Source of the DNA: Spartinivicinus marinus
GTDB lineage: Bacteria; Pseudomonadota; Gammaproteobacteria; Pseudomonadales; Zooshikellaceae
NCBI RefSeq assembly: GCF_026309355.1
Contig: NZ_JAPJZK010000002.1
Location: 93,485 to 117,484 of the forward strand
Length of the DNA: 24,000 bases
Direction of reading: 5' to 3'
Below the pieces are notes generated by a model. The model did no database searches, was not told the origin of the DNA, and saw only the letters and a list, made by a program, of their open reading frames with translations. Position numbers and translations under genes: made by a program. Of this stretch, positions 16,561 through 22,408 are shown piece by piece (the first letter of the stretch is position 1; each line of letters opens with the position of its first letter).

Positions 16561-17427
16561 TCAACGTCCTAAATACACCGCCGTAATTTGTTCACGACTA
16601 TGCCCCAATTCATGGGTAATGACCTGCCGTGCTAATTGGTCCCGCATTTTTTCTTCGGGGGTTAACTCCTTGCTACTCTTTCCACCGGCTGCCGGTGGCA
16701 CCATTCCCGTTAACTCAATATAGCGTTCTTGAGCATAATGGTGGCGTAAGCCGTGCATTTTTGAAAATCCAGCATTTTGGGTCAACCGTTCATAAGAACG
16801 TAAGTGTTGCCGGTAAGATTTATTTGCTGGAATCATCGAGCTAGAACCGGCATAAGCCTGTACTCTTTTTAGCACATCCCGTTGGTAATCATTGCGAATG
16901 GGGATATTTCTTGGGCGGCCCCCCTTTGTCCATGAATCCTTTAGCCGAATGTGATCGGCTTGAATGGCGAAAGAAGGTGTAAATTTTAAGCACTCTTCAC
17001 GACGCAGCCCAAAGGCACGCTGTAATTCTAATGACAGCTTAATTCCCATGTCTTTAATTGTATTGAGCTTGTCACTGTCTAATGTTTGCGCTTTTGATTC
17101 ATTGGTGACATAAACCCGTTTATCAATACCATAACTGTCGTTACTTCTTGCAATGACGGCTGCTTTATTCACTTTTTGCGCCCACCACCGTAAACTCGAC
17201 ATTCGGTCTTTGATTGTACTTACTTGTAAGTCTTCCTCTTTCCAACGGTTTACCAGCGCTTCAACATGCTTTGGTTTTATTGAGCTGGCATTCATTTTTC
17301 TAAAGCCCATCTCATGTAACTGGCTAGCGACTAGTTGTAGGGTATGATGACGCTTGCTTTGCGTGGAATAGGAGCCATCTCGATTGCGATCACATAGTTG
17401 TTTTAGTTCAAAATTCAGTTTTTTCAT
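16561..17427 (-). CDS. Tyrosine recombinase (phage-integrase family, short form)
   Basis: 288 aa. Catalytic signature elements: AFGLRREE (Arg), HGLRHHYA (His-x-x-Arg), LGHSREQITAVYLGR (His and the nucleophile Tyr). ATGA overlap with the upstream Toprim gene at 17424-17427. Confidence 0.85.
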   Translation of the reverse strand: MKKLNFELKQLCDRNRDGSYSTQSKRHHTLQLVASQLHEMGFRKMNASSIKPKHVEALVNRWKEEDLQVSTIKDRMSSLRWWAQKVNKAAVIARSNDSYGIDKRVYVTNESKAQTLDSDKLNTIKDMGIKLSLELQRAFGLRREECLKFTPSFAIQADHIRLKDSWTKGGRPRNIPIRNDYQRDVLKRVQAYAGSSSMIPANKSYRQHLRSYERLTQNAGFSKMHGLRHHYAQERYIELTGMVPPAAGGKSSKELTPEEKMRDQLARQVITHELGHSREQITAVYLGR

Positions 17428-18344
17428 GGTAACTGGCCAATAGACTTAACTGACTGCAACATTTCATTCCAGTCCATGTCATGCACTGGTGGTTTATCCC
17501 AAGAGATTGAACACCACCCCTCATTTAATTCCTTTAACTGCTGATAGTACCCCTCCCCTTCTTTATCATTATCGTAAGCGGCAATTAATAGAGCCCCTTT
17601 TGGCATCTTTTTAATCGCTGCCTGAATCAGTGATTTTTGGTTTGGATTTAATTTGCCCCCCGTTGACAAGTAACGGCGGTCTTCTGATGGTCGGCACTCA
17701 AAATGAGATAAGGCATCAATGGCTGATTCTGCAATCACCAAGCCCTTGTCTGATTTTTTACAGTGACTAACCCAGAGGGATTTAGTCCCTGCTGATGAAA
17801 ACCCGGTAAATTTCCGATTTTTAATTTCATACCCTGTCACCCCTGATTGATCAAAATGGGGAAACACGGCATTTGCATAAGTATCTTGGCGAATGCGGCC
17901 AAAAAATCGGGGATGGCCAAGCGTCGCAGGCGATAGCAATCGCGCTTTGATTAAATAAGGTGACGTGGCGGTTATGGGCATTTTATTTAATGCTTGTACC
18001 ACAGCCGCGATATCTTTGGTGATGGGTTGAACATCAGATACATAATGAGTCATTGGTACATTACCCATCCATTGTCGTAAATGACAACGCACATGCCCCA
18101 AGGAACTGCCTTGGCGGTGCTGAATAAAATCGATAATAGAGCCATTATCGGATTCATCACGAACACTGAAATACACCCAGTGTTGGTCTCTGTCACGGGT
18201 AACAATTAACTTGTCGTCACTCGCCTTATGGCGCATGACTATCGAATTCTTGCAACTTTCATGTCTATCAATGACATAGCCTTCAAAAGCCATGTATTCA
18301 GTCAAATTGATAGCGGTTTTAAAATGTTCTAATTCAGCATCCAC
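17424..18344 (-). CDS. DUF3991 + Toprim domain protein (TraC/primase-like)
   Basis: 306 aa, GTG start. N-terminal ELEHFKTAINLTEYMAFEGY is typical of DUF3991 as I recall it. Toprim Glu motif LVIAESAIDALSH. DxD motif AAYDNDKEGEGY. Confidence 0.8.
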   Translation of the reverse strand: MDAELEHFKTAINLTEYMAFEGYVIDRHESCKNSIVMRHKASDDKLIVTRDRDQHWVYFSVRDESDNGSIIDFIQHRQGSSLGHVRCHLRQWMGNVPMTHYVSDVQPITKDIAAVVQALNKMPITATSPYLIKARLLSPATLGHPRFFGRIRQDTYANAVFPHFDQSGVTGYEIKNRKFTGFSSAGTKSLWVSHCKKSDKGLVIAESAIDALSHFECRPSEDRRYLSTGGKLNPNQKSLIQAAIKKMPKGALLIAAYDNDKEGEGYYQQLKELNEGWCSISWDKPPVHDMDWNEMLQSVKSIGQLP

Positions 18345-18579
18345 TGAAATAATCTTTTTTCCTACTGCCCGTTTCTAGCCTAATACGTCTTGCAATGGCG
18401 TGCGACATTTCGCTAAGTGTTTACGCCCACATTGTAACCGTAGTTAGCAATGTTAACTCAAAGAGTTAAATGGACTTGGGACGCCAACCCCCGTAATAGG
18501 CATACCTAGATCACTAGGTCTTTCAAGCTTCTACTGTGTAGATAACGATTGAAAGTCATGTTTGAACGGTAAGTAATGT

Positions 18580-18885
18580 TTAGCTTGCAAACATTTTTGC
18601 TAAATAGGATTTAACGACTAACGGTGCATTTTCTTCCTTACATGCATTCACAACTAAGGCTGAAACTACGGCTGTTATGTCAGGTTTATATCCTTCCAGT
18701 TCTTTCCTCATTCTCTTTTGTAGTGCTAGTACTTCATCGAATGCATCATTCATCATCCTGACTTTTTTAAGGTCATCTGGATCTCTTTCTAGCTTTTCTA
18801 GTACTCCATTTTTATACGAATAGATTTCTCCATCTTCTAGTTCCTCTAAGGCTGCTTGGTCATCTATATCTACAACATTGCTCAT
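18580..18885 (-). CDS. Small protein with strongly acidic N-terminal half, unknown function
   Basis: 101 aa. ATG preceded by AAAGGAAA. 13 Asp/Glu against 5 Lys/Arg in the first 41 residues. First gene transcribed leftwards from the non-coding hub. Confidence 0.6.
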   Translation of the reverse strand: MSNVVDIDDQAALEELEDGEIYSYKNGVLEKLERDPDDLKKVRMMNDAFDEVLALQKRMRKELEGYKPDITAVVSALVVNACKEENAPLVVKSYLAKMFAS

Positions 18886-19060
18886 GGGTTGTTTCCTTTT
18901 GGTTATTGTCCATTCACATTCTCACTATTAACGATTGATCATGGTTATGGGTTAGTTTGCACTTCAGTTGTTTCCTTTTTTTCCTCATTTCAGTGATTGC
19001 TAGTAGTTTCATTCAGTGACTTTCCATTTTTCTAATAACCCACCTTGACTGGTTGGGCAC

Positions 19061-19521
19061 CAGACTTCAGTTAGCGTCTGAAGCAAGACATCGCTGTCAG
19101 TGAGTGGCAGGGGTACCGTCTGTTAACGTCCGAGGCGAGACGTAGTTGCTAATGATTCGCAACTAATTGCTTCTCTTTATCGTCTGAAGCAGTGGACGCC
19201 GTTGCTATAAAACCAGCAACTATGGGTGCTCCCGTTATAGTCCGAAGCAAGACTTTTCCACTCGACTAACAGACCTCAGTTATCGTCTGAGGCAAGACGT
19301 TGCTGCCAGCGGGTAGCAGGGGTACCGTCTGTTAACGTCCGAGGCGAGACGTAGTTGCTCAATGACTCTCACAACTAATTACTTCCCTTTATCGTCTGAA
19401 GTAGGACGCCGTTGCTATAAAAGCCAGCAACTATGGGTGCTCCCGTTATAGTCCGAAGCAAGACTTTTCTACCTACGCTGACAGCTATGGGAACCTCAGT
19501 TTAGCGTCTGAGGTGCACGAC
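19061..19521. repeat. Tandem ~209-bp non-coding repeat (2 full units plus a partial third) made of hairpins and GTCY-N6-RGAC mini-palindromes
   Basis: Unit 1 is 19061-19259, unit 2 is 19270-19470 and the partial unit 3 starts at 19491. Long identical blocks are present (e.g. ggggtaccgtctgttaacgtccgaggcgagacgtagttgct in both units). No ORF. Confidence 0.9.
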
Positions 19522-19610
19522 AAGAGCCTTCATTCTAGTCTGAAAAATAGTCTATTTCAATTGAATAGTTTGGCCATAGTTTGAAAAAAATGGCTCTTCT
19601 GCAGAGCCAA

Positions 19611-19661
19611 CGAGACGCGCAGCGCCTCGTCTCTACACCACTTCGTTTCGTAGAGACGAGG
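19611..19661. promoter_or_regulatory. Nested, mutually exclusive GC-rich inverted repeats
   Basis: GAGACG (19612-17) pairs with CGTCTC (19628-33). CCTCGTCTCTA (19625-35) pairs perfectly with TAGAGACGAGG (19651-61) across a 15-nt loop. The middle segment is shared by both structures. Confidence 0.7.
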
Positions 19662-19753
19662 CTTATATCTTCTAAATTATGCAAATGAAAATTACTACCC
19701 TTGCATGCTTATTGAGTATTTATTCAATTCAATCAATTGATGTCATAAACTAT

Positions 19754-19924
19754 CAATATATATTGTACATATATTGAATTATATACATTATACATAAGAA
19801 ATATATTGTATATATATTGAATCATACAACAGTACATTCAATTACAATTAAAAATAGGTTGATATTAAGTAAATTTATATTGTATTATAATTTTATACAT
19901 ACAATTTATATTGTCTGTATATTG
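19754..19924 (+). promoter_or_regulatory. parC: Iteron array upstream of the parM-like gene (candidate parC centromere/promoter)
   Basis: Seven direct TATATTG copies start at 19759, 19770, 19802, 19813, 19876, 19907 and 19918. Three pairs are exactly 11 bp apart. The 21-bp unit TATATTGTAYATATATTGAAT occurs twice. 12-bp palindrome CAATATATATTG at 19754-19765. Confidence 0.6.
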
Positions 19925-19951
19925 TAATACACACACAATTAAGGAAATACA

Positions 19952-20983
19952 ATGTCAAAGAAAATTGAAATAGGTGCAGACCTAGGTTGTGCAGGTAAGA
20001 AATTTGCTTGGGTTGAAAATGACAAGTTTGTTGAGTTTTGTAGGAGGTCTCTTGTTAAAGCAGGTAAATCAACAATTTCATTTTCTCGCGATACAGCTGC
20101 AACATCACTACTTGCAGGTGGTGAAGAATGGACTGTTACACCAGGCATGACAGATAGTGAAGATACAAGGTATGAAAGTTACCCATATTCACCTCATAAT
20201 CTTGCACTAACATATATATCTCTTTTAGAGGCTGGTTTTTCTGACCCAGAGTTAGAAATTGAGATTTGCTGTAGCTTGCCACTAAATCACTACTTTACTT
20301 CAACTGGTATTAATAAGGTTAATATTGAGAGGAAGAAGAAGCAGTTTGATATTGAGGTAAAAAATAAATCTGGAAACCCTCTACCAAAACTTGTTTGCAA
20401 ACTAATCACACCAGAAGCTTTAGCTGGATTTTATGATATTTGTTTCAATGTTAAAGGGGAGCGTGTACTTACACCTTCGCAACCGATAGGCGTTGCAGAT
20501 ATTGGGGGAAGAACAACCGACTCAGCTATTATTTTACCAGATATGAGCCTTGTGCCAGAAGCAACCGGTACAATCCCTCTTGGATATCTAGATATTATTG
20601 ACCAACTAAATCAAATTCTAAACCAGAGATATAATACAGGTAAAATTGACACATACCTGCTTGAACAAGTAATGCAGTCTGATGATAAAAAAGTTTCTTT
20701 TTTCATGGACCAAGAACCAGTAGATATATCAGAGGAAATTGAACAAGCTCATAAGTATATTGCTAACAAAATTATGAGAGAGATTGACAAAAAATTATTA
20801 TCAGCAAACAGGTCTCTTGGTGGCATTTGTTATTTTGGTGGTTCAGCTCAAGCGATGAGAGATGAACTTTTAAAAACCCAAAACTCCTTTATTCCAGAAA
20901 AACCTCAAGGCAGCAACGCAAGGGGTAATAAAATTATTCTATCATTAGAGCAGAATAACACTAAGGCTAAAGGAGAGAAGTAA
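19952..20983 (+). CDS. parM: ParM/StbA-family actin-like segregation ATPase
   Basis: 343 aa. AAGGA sits 7 nt upstream of the ATG. Actin-fold motifs: IGADLGCAG (phosphate 1), VADIGGRTTDSAII (phosphate 2), YFGGSAQ (adenosine). Confidence 0.8.
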   Translation: MSKKIEIGADLGCAGKKFAWVENDKFVEFCRRSLVKAGKSTISFSRDTAATSLLAGGEEWTVTPGMTDSEDTRYESYPYSPHNLALTYISLLEAGFSDPELEIEICCSLPLNHYFTSTGINKVNIERKKKQFDIEVKNKSGNPLPKLVCKLITPEALAGFYDICFNVKGERVLTPSQPIGVADIGGRTTDSAIILPDMSLVPEATGTIPLGYLDIIDQLNQILNQRYNTGKIDTYLLEQVMQSDDKKVSFFMDQEPVDISEEIEQAHKYIANKIMREIDKKLLSANRSLGGICYFGGSAQAMRDELLKTQNSFIPEKPQGSNARGNKIILSLEQNNTKAKGEK

Positions 20984-21399
20984 TGGCTGAGCGACGACTA
21001 ACTCTACTTCTTGATGATCAACAGGATAAAGATATACTTGAGGCTTTTGATAATGCAGGAAAAGGGGTAACTAAACTTGGTCGTCGCAGGCTTAATATAG
21101 CCTACTTAATTGAAGAGGCTGGTGTTTTTGACCAACTTGAATTTCTAATGAAACAGGGTATACATAAAAAGGCCAGTGCTTTTGAAGTTCTTGAAAAAGC
21201 TATTCAAATTACAAAGATGATCCAAGACACTAGTGAAACTTCTAGTCCAAGTAATGGGAACTCTATCACGAATCAAGTAGGAAAGAGCATAGATACTTCT
21301 AAGGTTGAATCAACATCAGTTGAAAAAACTGATGTCCAAACCACAGAAAGCAATTCTGCTGATAGTGTTATCCCAGGATGGTTAGGAGGTAGTAGCTGA
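20983..21399 (+). CDS. parR: ParR-like centromere-binding adaptor (putative ribbon-helix-helix N-terminus, disordered Ser/Thr-rich tail)
   Basis: 138 aa. TAATG overlap with the parM-like gene. N-terminal RRLTLLLDDQQDKDILEAF fits an RHH strand-helix pattern. Assigned mainly by position downstream of parM. Confidence 0.55.
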   Translation: MAERRLTLLLDDQQDKDILEAFDNAGKGVTKLGRRRLNIAYLIEEAGVFDQLEFLMKQGIHKKASAFEVLEKAIQITKMIQDTSETSSPSNGNSITNQVGKSIDTSKVESTSVEKTDVQTTESNSADSVIPGWLGGSS

Positions 21400-21406
21400 C
21401 ATTTCT

Positions 21407-21428
21407 AAACTTACGCTTGCGTAAGTTT
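21407..21428 (+). terminator. Palindrome 1, AAACTTACGC-TT-GCGTAAGTTT, followed by a T-run; probable parMR terminator and/or protein-binding site
   Basis: 10-bp arms, 8 nt after the parR-like stop, followed by TTTTTTT. It shares the TTACGC/GCGTAA core with palindromes 2 and 3. Confidence 0.55.
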
Positions 21429-21472
21429 TTTTCTTATATGTGTATTTTTTATTCAAAGAAAACTCTTATTTC

Positions 21473-21486
21473 TTACGCATGCGTAA
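21473..21486. promoter_or_regulatory. Palindrome 2, TTACGCATGCGTAA (candidate operator / parS-like site)
   Basis: Perfect 14-bp palindrome in the parR-parA gap. Confidence 0.5.
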
Positions 21487-21562
21487 TTTTCAGCTTATAC
21501 TAAACCTGTAGTAGGCATCTTTCTATGCCAGTGTAGTAAGCTAATACACCTTCTTCTTGAAA

Positions 21563-21586
21563 AAAAGTTACGCATGCGTAACTTTT
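21563..21586. promoter_or_regulatory. Palindrome 3, AAAAGTTACGCATGCGTAACTTTT (candidate operator / parS-like site overlapping the parA promoter region)
   Basis: Perfect 24-bp palindrome, 31 nt upstream of the parA ATG and immediately after a TTGAAA hexamer (21557-21562). Confidence 0.55.
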
Positions 21587-21616
21587 CTATTTGCCACCTT
21601 AGGGGCTAGTCCAACA

Positions 21617-22408
21617 ATGATTACCAAAGTTATTAGTATTACAAACCAGAAGGGAGGCGTTGGTAAAACAACAATCACTATACAGAAAGCTTTTTATCTA
21701 ACTGATATGGGTAAAAAAGTGCTAGTGGTTGATTTAGATGGACAGGGTAACACATCATCTCGACTAGGAAGAATTACCCCTGGAAAAGAACCTGTTAGGT
21801 TTACAGGTACAAAAACTAGTGAGCTATTTGATTCTGATTTAGATCAAATAGAAGTCACTCAATGTGCATATGGAATGGATCTTATACACTCACTTGAAAA
21901 TGATATAGACTTATACGAGCTTGAAGCTGAAAGCCTTGAGAAAGCAATAACTTTTACAAAGAAGCTAAACTCTATTAAAGAAAAATATGACTATATATTA
22001 ATTGATTGTCCACCTTCTCTAGGCAGAAAACTCGTTGCTGCACTGTCAATATCAACCCATATCGTTATACCAATTCAACTTTCAGGTTTTTCAACTAATG
22101 GTGTGAGGGGCTTGTTTGACTCCATAATTCAAGTAAAAAATACTCTTAACCCAACCTTGGAGGTAACAGGTATTATTATCAATGGGATGAATAACCGGTC
22201 AAAAACACATAAAGAATCTCTTTCAAAACTTGAAGAAATTGTTCCAGACTTAATTTTTAAAAATAGAATCGTTAATCGTGCTCCAATTGATAGTGCAACT
22301 GACTTAGGTGTCCCTGTTTGGAAAATAAAAAGTGGTGCTGCACGAGTAGCAGCAAAAGAGATTAAATCTGTTATTAAAGAAATTTTAGATCGAGTACAAT
22401 CAAAATGA
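21617..22408 (+). CDS. parA: ParA/Soj-family partition ATPase (short form, no N-terminal HTH)
   Basis: The track ORF starts at 21557, but that extension covers palindrome 3. The preferred ATG at 21617 gives MITKVISITNQKGGVGKTT (deviant Walker A). Also VLVVDLDGQGN and ILIDCPPSLG. Confidence 0.9.
   Translation: MITKVISITNQKGGVGKTTITIQKAFYLTDMGKKVLVVDLDGQGNTSSRLGRITPGKEPVRFTGTKTSELFDSDLDQIEVTQCAYGMDLIHSLENDIDLYELEAESLEKAITFTKKLNSIKEKYDYILIDCPPSLGRKLVAALSISTHIVIPIQLSGFSTNGVRGLFDSIIQVKNTLNPTLEVTGIIINGMNNRSKTHKESLSKLEEIVPDLIFKNRIVNRAPIDSATDLGVPVWKIKSGAARVAAKEIKSVIKEILDRVQSK

Larger units (their letters stand above)
1..18344 (-). mobile_element. Transfer region of an integrative conjugative element / conjugative genomic island with a GI-type (PFGI-1 / ICEclc / ICEHin1056-like) type IV secretion system, plus accessory genes and a primase-recombinase pair; element ends not identifiable in window
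   Basis: All genes are co-oriented on the minus strand. The T4SS genes are tightly packed with ATGA or 1-4 nt overlaps. Product features and order match, from memory, the PFL_4693..PFL_4706 block of this ICE family (PilL, SLT, TraD, RAQPRD protein, TraC ATPase). Confidence 0.8.

Noticed and set aside
16561-17427. Calling the 288-aa recombinase the ICE integrase and placing an element boundary here
   Set aside because: - No tRNA gene, direct-repeat att pair or chromosomal-looking flank is visible.
- Mobile-element-type genes continue on both sides.
19061-19521. Possible CRISPR array, because of regularly recurring short palindromic motifs
   Set aside because: - The recurring motifs sit inside ~209-bp units that are themselves near-identical.
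- There are no unique spacers.
- Motif spacing (45-58 bp) is irregular.
- No cas genes are present in the window.
19590-19688. 32-codon plus-strand ORF (MALLQSQRDAQRLVSTPLRFVETRLISSKLCK) spanning the GC-rich hairpins; possible leader peptide
   Set aside because: - There is no Shine-Dalgarno sequence; the ATG is preceded by an A-run.
- The ORF is most simply a by-product of the palindromes. It is retained only as a remote possibility.
19939-20148. 69-aa minus-strand ORF overlapping the parM start
   Set aside because: - It is antisense to a motif-supported gene.
- It has no ribosome-binding site.
21557-21616. N-terminal extension of parA given in the ORF track (MKKSYACVTFLFATLGASPT)
   Set aside because: - The extension is encoded by the 24-bp palindrome and promoter region.
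- ParA homologs begin directly before the KGGVGKTT loop, so the ATG at 21617 is preferred.
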